A DNA stretch of 64,000 bases from Candidatus Moraniibacteriota bacterium (GTDB lineage: Bacteria; Patescibacteriota; Minisyncoccia; Moranbacterales; UBA1568): NCBI GenBank assembly GCA_016182385.1, contig JACPGV010000002.1:189190-253189 (forward strand), read 5' to 3'. The first letter of the stretch is position 1; each line of letters begins with the position of its first letter. The notes beneath the pieces were generated by a model. It was not told the origin of the DNA. It was given only the letters and a program-made list of their open reading frames with translations, and searched no databases. Of this stretch, positions 1-9,918 are shown in pieces. The position numbers were made by a program, and so were the translations under genes.

Positions 1-11
1 TGTTTGTCATC

Positions 12-1541
12 GTGTTTGATATTTATTGGATTCACAAAGCGTTTTATATCTCTCTTTTTTCTTTGGCGGGGAATCGGGATGTTGAAGAAGGTAAGCGTAT
101 TGATTGGTGGGATCGTTGTCAGAATATTACTCATCCGGAAGCTTATAGCGAGCTCCTCAAAACCCGTATCAAAAATCTTTACGACGGGATGCGCGAGATG
201 TCATTGTTTGCTTTTCGTGATCGTCGCACCGTGAGAAAAGAAATTCGTCGTTTGAAAAAGATTCGTCGAGAAACCCGAACGCTTATTCCGCTTAAAGAGG
301 AGATATTGGATTGGCGTGAGATTATTCACGTAGTGCTTTTGCCGACAGCGGGAGAACCGGCTGAGGTGATCGAGCCGGCTATCCAGTCGCTCGCGGAAAA
401 TAATTTTCCCAAAGAGCAGATGATTATTCTTCTTGCTACCGAGGAGCGGGAAAGTGAGGCGACGCGTTTGCCAAAAGTGGAATATTTGAAGAAAAAGTTT
501 GATGGGGTATTTCGTGATTTTCTTGTGACGACGCACATCGTCCAAACGGGAGAGATGAAGTGCAAGGCATCAAACGCGGGGTTCGCGGCGCGTGAATTGA
601 TGAAATATCTGGATGAGCGACATATTGATTACAAACGAGTGCTTTTTTCCAATTTTGATTGTGACAGCGTGGCGCACCGTGAATATTTTGCGGCCCTCAC
701 GTATCATTACATTACCGATCCCAAACGTCTGCAACGCGCCTATCAACCCCTTCCGATGTACCACAATAATTTGTGGGATACCAATGCCTTCGTGCGGCTC
801 GTGGTGACGGGATCGTCTTTTTGGCACTTGTATCAATCGACGCGGCAGGAGATGGTGACGTTTTCATCACATTCAGAACCTTTTGACACATTGGTGAAAG
901 TCGGTTTTTGGCCGGTCAATATGATTAGTGAGGACAGTATCATTTACTGGAAATGCCTTTCTTATTTTCACGGGGACTATCGGGTACAACCTATCCATTT
1001 GCCGATTTCACTCGACGCGGTGCTCGCCGAGACGTATTGGAAAACGGTAAAGAATCAGTACAAGCAGAAGCGTCGTTGGGCATACGGGATCGAGAATTTT
1101 CCCGTGACGATGCGTGCCATCTGGCCGGATACATTGATTCCTCTTTGGACCAAGATGCGCGTGACATTTGAGATGCTCGAAGGACATTATTCATGGGCAA
1201 CCACTTCTTTTATTTTGACATTTCTTGGTTGGTTGCCGCTCATTTTGGGCGGGGCGGCGTTTCGTGAGAGCGTGCTCGCGCACAATTTGCCCTTTGTCAC
1301 CAAAACGCTTATGACTCTCGGGATGATGGGGTTGTTTATTTCCATTCCACTTTCTCTTCTCTCGCTTCCACCGCGTCCCAAGAAGTATCATTGGAGTCGG
1401 CATTTTTTGATGTTTTTTCAGTGGATACTTATTCCGGTTGTAGGTTTCCTTTCAGCATTTCCGGCAATCGATTCGCAGACACGATTGCTTTTTGGTCGTT
1501 ATTTCGGTGAGTTTTGGGTGACAGAAAAAATGCGGAAATAA
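12..1541 (+). CDS. Processive family-2 glycosyltransferase with C-terminal TM helices (probably begins before the window)
   Basis: DCD, ISED and QKRRW (QxxRW) motifs; hydrophobic C-terminus. Confidence 0.8.
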   Translation: MFDIYWIHKAFYISLFSLAGNRDVEEGKRIDWWDRCQNITHPEAYSELLKTRIKNLYDGMREMSLFAFRDRRTVRKEIRRLKKIRRETRTLIPLKEEILDWREIIHVVLLPTAGEPAEVIEPAIQSLAENNFPKEQMIILLATEERESEATRLPKVEYLKKKFDGVFRDFLVTTHIVQTGEMKCKASNAGFAARELMKYLDERHIDYKRVLFSNFDCDSVAHREYFAALTYHYITDPKRLQRAYQPLPMYHNNLWDTNAFVRLVVTGSSFWHLYQSTRQEMVTFSSHSEPFDTLVKVGFWPVNMISEDSIIYWKCLSYFHGDYRVQPIHLPISLDAVLAETYWKTVKNQYKQKRRWAYGIENFPVTMRAIWPDTLIPLWTKMRVTFEMLEGHYSWATTSFILTFLGWLPLILGGAAFRESVLAHNLPFVTKTLMTLGMMGLFISIPLSLLSLPPRPKKYHWSRHFLMFFQWILIPVVGFLSAFPAIDSQTRLLFGRYFGEFWVTEKMRK

Positions 1542-1557
1542 AGGAAATATCTGACCC

Positions 1558-1586
1558 TTGCCAGGGTGTATTTTTTGTGCTATAAT
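1558..1586 (+). promoter_or_regulatory. Sigma70-type promoter
   Basis: TTGCCA-17 bp-TATAAT upstream of the small ORF at 1649. Confidence 0.55.
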
Positions 1587-1648
1587 ACACGGTTGTTCTT
1601 TTGTATCTTTTCGTCAATGGTGACGGAAAGTTTTTTGAGGAGGAGTGT

Positions 1649-1921
1649 ATGTGTTATTCGGTTAAGCCCGGACAAAACGGGCGTATTTCTGGCACCATCA
1701 AAACCTCATCGCCCGTCAAGGTGCCGGCACCACAACAAATCGTGGCTGAGCCGCCACCGCAGTACGTGCCGACGCAAATGATGAGCTCGGCGAAGGGAGG
1801 GCGAGACGCCTCCATGATGTCGCAGAAGTCGGCACGTGCGAACACTCGTCCGTCTCGTCCGGACAACAAGCGGCGACACAAGCCTGACTGGCGCGCCACC
1901 GATATTTTTCGTTCGGCATAA
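1649..1921 (+). CDS. Small hypothetical low-complexity protein
   Basis: GAGGAGGAG RBS before ATG 1649 and an upstream promoter; in frame with ORF 1601..1921. Confidence 0.5.
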   Translation: MCYSVKPGQNGRISGTIKTSSPVKVPAPQQIVAEPPPQYVPTQMMSSAKGGRDASMMSQKSARANTRPSRPDNKRRHKPDWRATDIFRSA

Positions 1922-1984
1922 AGCGCCAAGCGGATTCCAAGAGGGTAAGACTGCGGTCTTGCCCTTTTTTCATTGTCAAAAATA

Positions 1985-4144
1985 TCATTCCAAGTGAATT
2001 CGTTCCTCGAATCTTTTGAGAGCATCGAGGAGGAGCGGGTGTTTTTTGAGAGCGGAGTCTGATTTGAGAATATTTTTTGCTTCGTTTCGTGAGATTTCGA
2101 CGAGTTTAAGATTGGCGAGATTTTCCATGGCGATGTCGGGAAGACCAGATTGGCGCGTTCCGAGGAAAGCTCCTGGTCCACGGAAGGCGAGATCAGCTTC
2201 GGCAATTTCGAATCCGTTGTGTTTGGTGGCGAGAACTTTCAAGCGTTCGTTTTCGCGTGAGCTTTCTCTGTTTTGTCCCTCGTGACTTTCTGAGGAAGGG
2301 GACTGTTGGTGAGGAAAGAGAAAACAGCATGATTGGTATTCGCCCCGACCCACTCGACCACGGAATTGATGGAGTTGGGCGAGACCAAAGCGTTCGGCTT
2401 CCTCAATGATCATACAGCTTGCGTTCGGTACATCGACACCGACTTCCACGACGGCGGTCGCCACGAGAATATCGTATTTTTTATTTTTGAAATCTTCCAT
2501 CGCCTGTTCTTTTTCTTGGGACTTCATTTTTCCATGGACGAGACCGATGCGAAAATCGGGGAAAATGTGTTCGGCGAGGCGCGTGTGTTCCACGACAGCC
2601 GCCTTCACTTCTTTGAGCGCGAGTGATTCTTCGATGAGTGGAAAGATAATGAACGCTTGCCGGCCTTTTTTTATTTCTTCACGGATGAATTGGTAGACAC
2701 GTTCTTTTTCGCGGTCGTTGAGAGCGACACTCGTGATGATCGGTTTGCGGTTTTTGGGGAGCTCGTCAATGATGGAAACATCGAGATTGCCAAAAAAAGC
2801 GAGCGTGAGCGTGCGTGGTATAGGGGTGGCAGTCATAGTGAGGAAGTGTGGAATGGTGGCGGGACTACCGTCATGACTGTCGAAACTTGTTTCTTGGAGT
2901 TTGGCACGTTGAGCGACACCGAAGCGGTGTTGTTCATCGACGACGACCAAAGCGAGATCACGAAAAATGACATCGTCCTGAAGGAGCGCGTGCGTGCCGA
3001 TGACAATTTTGGGAATGCCGGCGGCAAGGGCCTTGAGGAGGGTGGTACGCGTGACACTGCGTCCATCAAGGATTCGGTAGCTTTTGGTAAGAAGGGCGAT
3101 GCTTTGGCCGCTTTTGCCGAAAAAGCGGGTGATGCTTTCTAAGTGTTGACGGGCGAGAATTTCGGTCGGCGCGAGAAAGGCGGTTTGCAGTCCGTTTTCG
3201 GCGACGGAAAAAGCGGCGAGTGCGGCAACGAGCGTCTTGCCCGAACCGACATCACCGTTTAAAAGGCGATTCATCGATCGGGGACGTTCCAAGTCACGAA
3301 GAATCTCGTAGCTTGTTTTGCGTTGGGCGTCGGTAAGAGAAAAAGGGAGAGAGGCTACAAGGCTCTTGATACGTTCCTCGTCAAAAGGAATGGGTGTTGC
3401 TGCCGATTTTTCGTAGAGCGTGCGTATCTGGAGGGCTTTGAGTTGAACGAAAAACATTTCCTCGAAGGCGAAGCGTTTGCGAGCGAGAAGTTCATGTTTT
3501 TTACTTTCGGGAAAATGGATGTAGTAAAGGGCGGCTTTGAGCGAGGGGAGATGGAGGCGTTTCAAAATATCTTCAGGAATGGGATCGGGGAAGTCTTTGA
3601 GATTTTTGAAAGCATTGACTAGTTGCCATCGGAAAAAACGTGAAGTAAGTCCGCGAGTTTCCGGATAGATGGGAACAAGACGACCGGTATGTGTGGCATC
3701 ACGTTCGGCGCGTTCATAGGCCGGATTGGTCATAGAGAGACCCTGTTTGTCACGCGATACTTTGCCGCTGAGACGTACATGCATTCCCTCGCGAAGGGTT
3801 TGGGCGACAAAACGTTGATTGAACCAGAGAGCGCGCAACGTTCCCGATCCATCGGACACGGTGATATCAGTCAGGAACATTTTTTTCTTCCATGTCCGAC
3901 CGGCTTGAAGACTGGTTATTTTTCCTTCGACGGTATATTTGCCGTCGGGGACGAGATCGCTTATTGGTGAGAGATCCGCGTAGTCTTCATAGCGATGAGG
4001 GAAATGATGAAGAAGATCATGCACGGAAAAAATGTCCAAGTGTGCAAGTTTGGACAGTGTTGGTTTCTTGATAGACCCGATGGAGGAAAGCGGAGTATCA
4101 AAGGTGAGCATAGTTGAGGCATGAAAGAGTCCGTCTTTTTTCAT
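1985..4144 (-). CDS. recG: ATP-dependent DNA helicase RecG
   Basis: GDVGSGKT, DEQHRFG, TATPIPRT and QFRGRVGRG motifs; OB wedge domain. Confidence 0.97.
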   Translation of the reverse strand: MKKDGLFHASTMLTFDTPLSSIGSIKKPTLSKLAHLDIFSVHDLLHHFPHRYEDYADLSPISDLVPDGKYTVEGKITSLQAGRTWKKKMFLTDITVSDGSGTLRALWFNQRFVAQTLREGMHVRLSGKVSRDKQGLSMTNPAYERAERDATHTGRLVPIYPETRGLTSRFFRWQLVNAFKNLKDFPDPIPEDILKRLHLPSLKAALYYIHFPESKKHELLARKRFAFEEMFFVQLKALQIRTLYEKSAATPIPFDEERIKSLVASLPFSLTDAQRKTSYEILRDLERPRSMNRLLNGDVGSGKTLVAALAAFSVAENGLQTAFLAPTEILARQHLESITRFFGKSGQSIALLTKSYRILDGRSVTRTTLLKALAAGIPKIVIGTHALLQDDVIFRDLALVVVDEQHRFGVAQRAKLQETSFDSHDGSPATIPHFLTMTATPIPRTLTLAFFGNLDVSIIDELPKNRKPIITSVALNDREKERVYQFIREEIKKGRQAFIIFPLIEESLALKEVKAAVVEHTRLAEHIFPDFRIGLVHGKMKSQEKEQAMEDFKNKKYDILVATAVVEVGVDVPNASCMIIEEAERFGLAQLHQFRGRVGRGEYQSCCFLFPHQQSPSSESHEGQNRESSRENERLKVLATKHNGFEIAEADLAFRGPGAFLGTRQSGLPDIAMENLANLKLVEISRNEAKNILKSDSALKKHPLLLDALKRFEERIHLE

Positions 4145-4166
4145 TATAATCCATTATAACGTAAAA

Positions 4167-4191
4167 CCTCCCTTTGCGTTGCAAGGGGAGG
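4167..4191 (-). terminator. Intrinsic terminator-like hairpin
   Basis: CCTCCCTTTGC/GCAAGGGGAGG inverted repeat after ORF 4201..4635, followed by Ts on the minus strand. Confidence 0.45.
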
Positions 4192-4200
4192 CTGAAGAAG

Positions 4201-4635
4201 CTAGATGGATCGAGGGAGTGACTTCTCCGACATTGGTCGGTCGAATTTCACAGGCGGACATTTTCCTTTCCGGAGGGAGATATTATCAACCTGTAATTGA
4301 TGTTCGAGGATGATACCGCCCCGGAATCCCAAAACGTATCCACAAACGAGACTGCGGACTTGTTCGAACTTTTCGTTCATTTTCGATCCGCATGACATTT
4401 TGTCATTATTTATAAGGACGTGAACGTCCCTCGATCCGGCACTTGCGTGATAACGAACTTTCATGTTCAGCTTATTTTCTCCTCTTCGGAGAAAGTTCTG
4501 AATTCTTTCGATCAGATTTGACCGCTCCCTTTCCGTGAGCGGTTTGTTTGTTCTGACGCTGAAGACAATCACGTCTTCAGTTTGGTCATGCACTGCCGAC
4601 ATCTCTTCGGCATAGAGTGACGGTATGAACGTCAT
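4201..4635 (-). CDS. Hypothetical protein
   Basis: 144-aa ORF with AAAGGAG RBS upstream. Confidence 0.55.
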   Translation of the reverse strand: MTFIPSLYAEEMSAVHDQTEDVIVFSVRTNKPLTERERSNLIERIQNFLRRGENKLNMKVRYHASAGSRDVHVLINNDKMSCGSKMNEKFEQVRSLVCGYVLGFRGGIILEHQLQVDNISLRKGKCPPVKFDRPMSEKSLPRSI

Positions 4636-4809
4636 TCTTTTTTCTCCTTTGTCTGTTAAAAAAACACCCTTAAAAACAACAGGATGATGGTAAAAACCAC
4701 AAGAAAACTATAAAGGAGGCCACTTCTTTCGTCAAGGGCACGTGCTTCTTTCACAAATTTTTTTTGTCGGATATAATGAAAAGAAGTTTGGAGCTGTTGT
4801 GATAAAAAT

Positions 4810-5655
4810 ATGGAAGAAGTGTCTTCATTTATTTGTTTTTCAGGAAAAGAATTTGTGCCTTTTCACACGCTTTCTCTCCACCCGTATGATATCGGATTGC
4901 TTCGGGGATACACGGTGTTTGATGTGATGCCGACGGAGCATGGCCGGCCTTTTCTTTGGGAGCGACATTATGAGAGACTGGTTCGTTCGGCGGAATCGTT
5001 GGGATTGTCTCTCCCTGTTGATGCCGAAGCGTATCATCATATTCTCGCCGAGCTCATCGCTCGAAATCATCCGAAAAAGATTTCTTTGCGAACAGTGTTG
5101 TCGGGAGGATTGAGTTTTGATACGTTTACTCCTGTATCCGGGGAGGAGAGTTTTTTTGTTTTTGCTGAACCAGCACATGTATATGCGGATGAAGTATATA
5201 CTCATGGCGTGAAGGTGATAACGCTTGAATATGAGCGACCATTGCCTCAAGTAAAGCTTGCCAATCATGTAATGGCGATTCAGGACCTGCCAAGGCGGCG
5301 TGAGGCAAAAGCATTTGAAGTGGTGTATGTGAATAAAGGCGAGGTGTCGGAGGCATCGCAGAGTAATATTTTTGTCATGCGAAATGGGACTCTTGTAACG
5401 ACGTGGGACAATGTGTTGTGGGGGATTACGCAGGGGTTGGTGCTTGAGCTTGCGGAGGCGCTTGGAGTGATAACAGAAAAACGAGCAATAACGATTGAAG
5501 AATTGTTATCAGCGGACGAGATTTTTATTACCGGCTCAAGCAAGCGGATCATTCCGGTCGTACAAGTAGATGAGACTATAATCGGAGAGGGTACTCCTGG
5601 ACCAGTGACGCGGCGGTTGATGAACGTTTTTGATGAATTCGTGAAGAAACATTGA
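4810..5655 (+). CDS. Class IV PLP aminotransferase (BCAT/D-amino-acid aminotransferase family)
   Basis: RGYTVFD, HYERL, EASQSNIF, LWGIT and DEIFITGS motifs. Confidence 0.9.
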   Translation: MEEVSSFICFSGKEFVPFHTLSLHPYDIGLLRGYTVFDVMPTEHGRPFLWERHYERLVRSAESLGLSLPVDAEAYHHILAELIARNHPKKISLRTVLSGGLSFDTFTPVSGEESFFVFAEPAHVYADEVYTHGVKVITLEYERPLPQVKLANHVMAIQDLPRRREAKAFEVVYVNKGEVSEASQSNIFVMRNGTLVTTWDNVLWGITQGLVLELAEALGVITEKRAITIEELLSADEIFITGSSKRIIPVVQVDETIIGEGTPGPVTRRLMNVFDEFVKKH

Positions 5656-5928
5656 AAGTAAAATAAAACCCCTCGTTCGAAGTGTTCCTCGAACGGGGGA
5701 AAGCGATTGAGTCTCTTCCGACGGAATGAACTTCAGCAGCGTCCGGCGCTAACATTCCGCAAATCTTTCCCAGAGAAATCTTTTGATGCTGGAAAGACGA
5801 GAGACCTAGCCTTTTGGCTTACCCCTATAGAGGAGAAGAGAGGGGAAGGCGGTTCGCGGGGACCGTCTTTTGATGCGGCGCCGGGAGTAAGGCAGTTGTA
5901 TCAAAAAACAAGAGTGACGTCAATGTGA

Positions 5929-6146
5929 CCTGACGCATACCAAATAGTTGGCATGCTCCGAGAAGAAAAGAGGGTGCGCTCGGCAGGAATCTCCCTCGAC
6001 TAAACTTTTGTCGTCACAAAAGTTTGTCTGGGCACCGTCTCGCGGTTTCGTATGCTTGCGAAACAACGCTCCGACGTCCGATTCCTGACGCATACCAAGC
6101 AGTTGGTATACTCCGAAAAGAAAAGAGGGTGCGCTCGGCAGGAATC
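5929..6146. repeat. 63-bp imperfect direct repeat (5929..5991 / 6084..6146) including the 3' end of tRNA-Arg(CCG)
   Basis: Manual alignment, 5 mismatches in 63 bp. Confidence 0.85.
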
Positions 6147-6202
6147 GGACCTGCGGCCTTCTGGACCGGAACCAGACGCTCTATCCACTGAGCTACAAGC
6201 GC
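6130..6202 (-). tRNA. tRNA-Arg(CCG)
   Basis: Cloverleaf GCGCTTG...CGAGCGCA; anticodon arm TCTGG-TTCCGGT-CCAGA; CCA not encoded. Confidence 0.92.
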
Positions 6203-6343
6203 GTTTATTGTTTGAGTGAAAAAACAACGCAATCAAATCATAACGGAAAATACAAGCCATCGCAATTTTTCTTGAGAAAAAAAACGCCCCGCGAAATTCG
6301 ATGAGACGAATTGATTCGCGGGGCATTAAGTGTGGCTAGTTTT

Positions 6344-6919
6344 TTAGCCGCCGGGGTGTATCCCCGCAAAGGACTTGGAGAGGGCATCGTTGGCGACATC
6401 AAGAGCCATGCGATGCAGGCCGACGAGGAGTTTTTCTTTTGTTTCACCTCGTGGCGATAGTTGAGAACCAAGAATGGTTTCAGCTTCTTCCGGAGTTGGT
6501 GTACCGCCGTTTTTGACTCCGGTCACGACCACGACGAAATGCTTTTCCGTCGATTTGTCGGGGGAGTTGAAAAACGGGCCAAAGACACGGCAGTTGCCTT
6601 CTTCTCCGACGCAACCCGTTTCCTCGCGAAGTTCGCGAAGAGCCGCTGCCTGAGGTGTTTCGTCTTTCTTCTTTCCGCCAGCCGGTAAACAGAGGAGTAC
6701 CTGTTCCACGGCCTGCTTGTACTCGCGGATGAGAACGACTTGGTCATCCTCGGTCACCGGAACCACGAGAACAAACTCACCTCGTTTCCAGATGACTCGA
6801 TCGTCTTCGCGATTGTCGACGCGAACTCGCCAATGTTCGAGCCTGAAAAATCCTTCCATTCCCGAACAGGGCGCAGCGAACGCTACGGGCGTTTTGCCCA
6901 AGATTCCGACCTCCATCAT
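6344..6919 (-). CDS. Nudix hydrolase (ADP-ribose pyrophosphatase-like)
   Basis: Nudix box GGKKKDETPQAAALRELREETG; AGGAGG RBS. Confidence 0.88.
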   Translation of the reverse strand: MMEVGILGKTPVAFAAPCSGMEGFFRLEHWRVRVDNREDDRVIWKRGEFVLVVPVTEDDQVVLIREYKQAVEQVLLCLPAGGKKKDETPQAAALRELREETGCVGEEGNCRVFGPFFNSPDKSTEKHFVVVVTGVKNGGTPTPEEAETILGSQLSPRGETKEKLLVGLHRMALDVANDALSKSFAGIHPGG

Positions 6920-7057
6920 TTCCTCCTTTTAAAGAGCATCAAGCGGAATGCTTGACTGTGTATTGTATCATAATTTAATGTTTAAGTCAAGCCTAAAAAA
7001 TTGACAAAAAAAGAAGGGTCGCAAGATTTCTCTCACAACCCTTATGAACAACTCTTA

Positions 7058-7366
7058 CTAGTCAGTGTAGACGCGATTTATGCTGCGGGTTCGGCCGCAG
7101 CAGAGGCAAAGAGCGAGGCAGTCATGTGTGATGTTATCTTCCTGTCTGCCACATTTCTTGCACCGTTTTGTTTGTACTTCTTTGTATCGCGCCATCGGTG
7201 TACCGCAACAGCGAGTAGACCAGTAGGTCTTTTTGCCGAAGACTCCTGGATTTGGCTCGCGCCGCTCGTTGCCGGTGTTTTCCCACTCCGGCCCGTGGTT
7301 CAGGCACATGCCGTGGCGACACTGACTGTGTGTGCACTTCTGGCCTGCAAGATTGCTATGGTCCAT
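7058..7366 (-). CDS. Small Cys/His-rich putative metal-binding protein
   Basis: AGAAAGGAG RBS; CxxxxCxH, CC, CxxC and CxCC motifs. Confidence 0.6.
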   Translation of the reverse strand: MDHSNLAGQKCTHSQCRHGMCLNHGPEWENTGNERREPNPGVFGKKTYWSTRCCGTPMARYKEVQTKRCKKCGRQEDNITHDCLALCLCCGRTRSINRVYTD

Positions 7367-7588
7367 AGCAGTTCTCCTTTCTGGCTACCTGTTTTCTTAG
7401 GTACCAACTACATATATACACAAAATCGCAGAAAGGTCAATAGTTTTGCGGTGAAAGTAAAAAAATCAGCTCGTTCTTGCTTATTGAAGAAGTAAATTTT
7501 TTTAATGGGGTTTGAAGTTAAAATCTATTTGACCCGGCTGCTCGGTACAGGCAGATACCGGTTTTGCAGATGTTGAAGTGCTGAATTG

Positions 7589-7661
7589 TGCGCTCGGCAG
7601 GAATCGAACCTACGACCCTCTGGACCGCAACCAGATGCTCTATCCACTGAGCTACGAGCGC
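7589..7661 (-). tRNA. tRNA-Arg(GCG)
   Basis: Cloverleaf; anticodon arm TCTGG-TTGCGGT-CCAGA; GGTTCGATTCC T-arm. Confidence 0.92.
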
Positions 7662-7705
7662 AAAATAAAAAATGTTTTCTAATGTGGATTACGAAGAAAA
7701 CATCT

Positions 7706-8212
7706 TTAAATATGCAGTAATTTTTCCAAAGTGTCAATGAGCCCGGGACTATGCTCTTCTTCCGGTATAAATTGCGAGAGGACATCGCGTAATTCGTTGT
7801 TATCAATAGTGGGAACAGGGATATGCGCGTGGGAAAAAAGTTTTCCTTCAGTATGAAGACTGAGAATATTTTGGAATGGCGGTTCGGTATAAATAAAGAA
7901 TGATTGCACGGATTCGAAAGAGTAGAGCTCATTGCCGGCGACGACGCCTTTTGGGGTAACAGAAAAACGTATGATTCGTGGTTCTCGATACAAAGAAAGA
8001 TAGCCGATAATACCGATGAGAATAAAAGTAATGGCCATTAAGGGGCTATTTGTGTAGAGTGCCCAGACAACAATAAGAACGAGGAGTACGGTGACGATGA
8101 CGCGTGATCGCGGGCCGAGCTCAAGGGGCTCGTGTTCTGGGGCCTCCCATTGAAGTAAAATAGTGTTGGGGGAAAGAGGGGAGGTGCTTTGTTGTTCAAA
8201 AGAATCTTGCAT
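7706..8212 (-). CDS. Hypothetical membrane protein (2 TM plus soluble C-terminal domain)
   Basis: 168-aa ORF, WEAPE motif, two hydrophobic helices. Confidence 0.7.
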   Translation of the reverse strand: MQDSFEQQSTSPLSPNTILLQWEAPEHEPLELGPRSRVIVTVLLVLIVVWALYTNSPLMAITFILIGIIGYLSLYREPRIIRFSVTPKGVVAGNELYSFESVQSFFIYTEPPFQNILSLHTEGKLFSHAHIPVPTIDNNELRDVLSQFIPEEEHSPGLIDTLEKLLHI

Positions 8213-8333
8213 AAAGAGTTGATGTTTTTATCCTTGTTCACTATAGCACATTTTTTCTTTTGGTGATTTGATTGGATGGAAAAATCTTGCTAGAGTTGTT
8301 GGAGGGGAATTTGTTTTGTTTGTCAAAAAATAG

Positions 8334-8423
8334 GGAGGAGTGGCCGAGTGGTTGAAGGCAACAGTCTTGAAAACTGTCGTACCCGAAAGGGTATCGTGAG
8401 TTCGAATCTCACCTCCTCCGCCA
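8334..8423 (+). tRNA. tRNA-Ser(TGA)
   Basis: GGAGGAG...CTCCTCCGCCA acceptor stem, ACAGT-CTTGAAA-ACTGT anticodon arm, long variable arm. Confidence 0.96.
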
Positions 8424-8590
8424 AGTTTTACATTCAGCGAAATTGAAAGATGTTGCCTCGGCGCAAAGCGCCTCGGCATGGTATTTTTCCGCAATTTTAA
8501 AGGCATTTTTGAAATCCAAAAACAAAGTGCGGTCGGCAATGCGGAAGTTCGAACCAATCTTTTTGAGAAAATCCCGAAAGGATTCGGGAA
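8409..8590 (-). pseudogene. C-terminal remnant of a putative site-specific (large serine-type) recombinase reading antisense into tRNA-Ser
   Basis: FLKKIGSNFRIADRTLFL...WRRR aligns with LFKKVGSNFQIKDRTVFF...WRKG in the 15007..15483 remnant; the family is inferred. Confidence 0.55.
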
Positions 8591-8735
8591 TTTTTGGCGG
8601 GAACGCGTTTGTGTCGGCGCGAAGCTCGGTGAGGGAATGGTGTTTTAACCACAGTGTCTTAACCACAGACAATGGACAGAACGCAATTTTTAGTGTATAA
8701 TTTATTAGATTTTCAACTGTTAAAATCTAATAAAA

Positions 8736-9347
8736 ATGTCATTTGAAGGTTATAAAAAAGATTCCAGGGACATACATTTGAATCCTAAAGAAGGCAAAGA
8801 ACAGGCCGGGACTCTGGAATCATTGTTGGAAAAGTACAAGGACCAAAGAGTATTGGTTCTTGCGCCACCGAGTGTTGGAAAAAGTACCATCTTGCAACAT
8901 ATCAAAGATGGCGTTGACTTAGATGTAGTATTTGATGATATGCCAGAAGAGTTTAAAAGACACGTTTTACATCATGAGTGGCCATTCATGTTTGTTGATG
9001 GTGATAGGAAGGCCATAAAATACACTGAAAAGGAATTTGACCCAAATAATATTGAGCACCAAGATTATTTAAGAGAGACGACTGAATTGCTGACGGATTA
9101 TGTTCAAAGCAAGATGAATATCGAAGCGGGACATCCAGGCTTTGGAAGTACTCTTGTAGATTCTGATGTGGTGATATATTTAAAAATTTCTGAAGAGGAG
9201 CTTGAAAAAAGGATTGAGTCTCGTAATAAGAATACTCACAGACTCGTACAGATTGAAAGAGTTAAGGCGATAAAGAAAAATTTAGAAGTAGATTTAGTTA
9301 GGTTTAAATCTGAAGGTGGAGTAGTGGAAGAGATAACTATTGATTAA
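8736..9347 (+). CDS. P-loop kinase (nucleoside/nucleotide kinase-like)
   Basis: VLVLAPPSVGKST Walker A, DLD, VIYLKISEEELEKRIESR lid-like segment. Confidence 0.75.
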   Translation: MSFEGYKKDSRDIHLNPKEGKEQAGTLESLLEKYKDQRVLVLAPPSVGKSTILQHIKDGVDLDVVFDDMPEEFKRHVLHHEWPFMFVDGDRKAIKYTEKEFDPNNIEHQDYLRETTELLTDYVQSKMNIEAGHPGFGSTLVDSDVVIYLKISEEELEKRIESRNKNTHRLVQIERVKAIKKNLEVDLVRFKSEGGVVEEITID

Positions 9348-9366
9348 CCATATAACTGAGAAAAAT

Positions 9367-9909
9367 ATGAAAATGAAGAAAAAAATAGTTTTCTTAGACG
9401 GAGATGGAACGCTTTGGTATCCAAGTGCTACAAAGCGAACACAAAAACCTCACTGGATTTATCATGACCCCGAAACTAAAGATAACTATCTTGAACATTT
9501 AGAATTAACCCCAAAGACTAAGGAAACTCTAGAATATTTGAATAAGCAAGGTTTACTCCTTGTAGTTCTTTCAGCGAATCCCTATGCAGAAGATATTGCT
9601 ATTAAAGAAATCAAAGAAAGACTAGATCATTTTCAGTTGATTAGTCTTTTCTATACGTATAGATCTTCAGAGGGCAGCGATCCAAATGGTAAAGCATCAA
9701 TTATTCTGGAAATATTATCATCTTTAGGACTCGAGAAGCAGGACGCGCTGATGGTCGGAGATAGTTATTTTTATGATTACCTCGCAGCTAAAGATATTGG
9801 CGTGGATGCTCTCTTTGTAGAGAATAGTGTTTCAAAAATGCCAGATGAAATCCCTCAAGATTTACAGTCAATTAAAGAGATTCACGAATTAGTTGATATA
9901 CTTACCTGA
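9367..9909 (+). CDS. HAD-superfamily phosphatase
   Basis: Motif I DGDGT, motif II LSAN, motif III K, motif IV MVGDS...D; ORF track starts at TTG 9340. Confidence 0.88.
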   Translation: MKMKKKIVFLDGDGTLWYPSATKRTQKPHWIYHDPETKDNYLEHLELTPKTKETLEYLNKQGLLLVVLSANPYAEDIAIKEIKERLDHFQLISLFYTYRSSEGSDPNGKASIILEILSSLGLEKQDALMVGDSYFYDYLAAKDIGVDALFVENSVSKMPDEIPQDLQSIKEIHELVDILT

Positions 9910-9918
9910 TTTCTTCTT

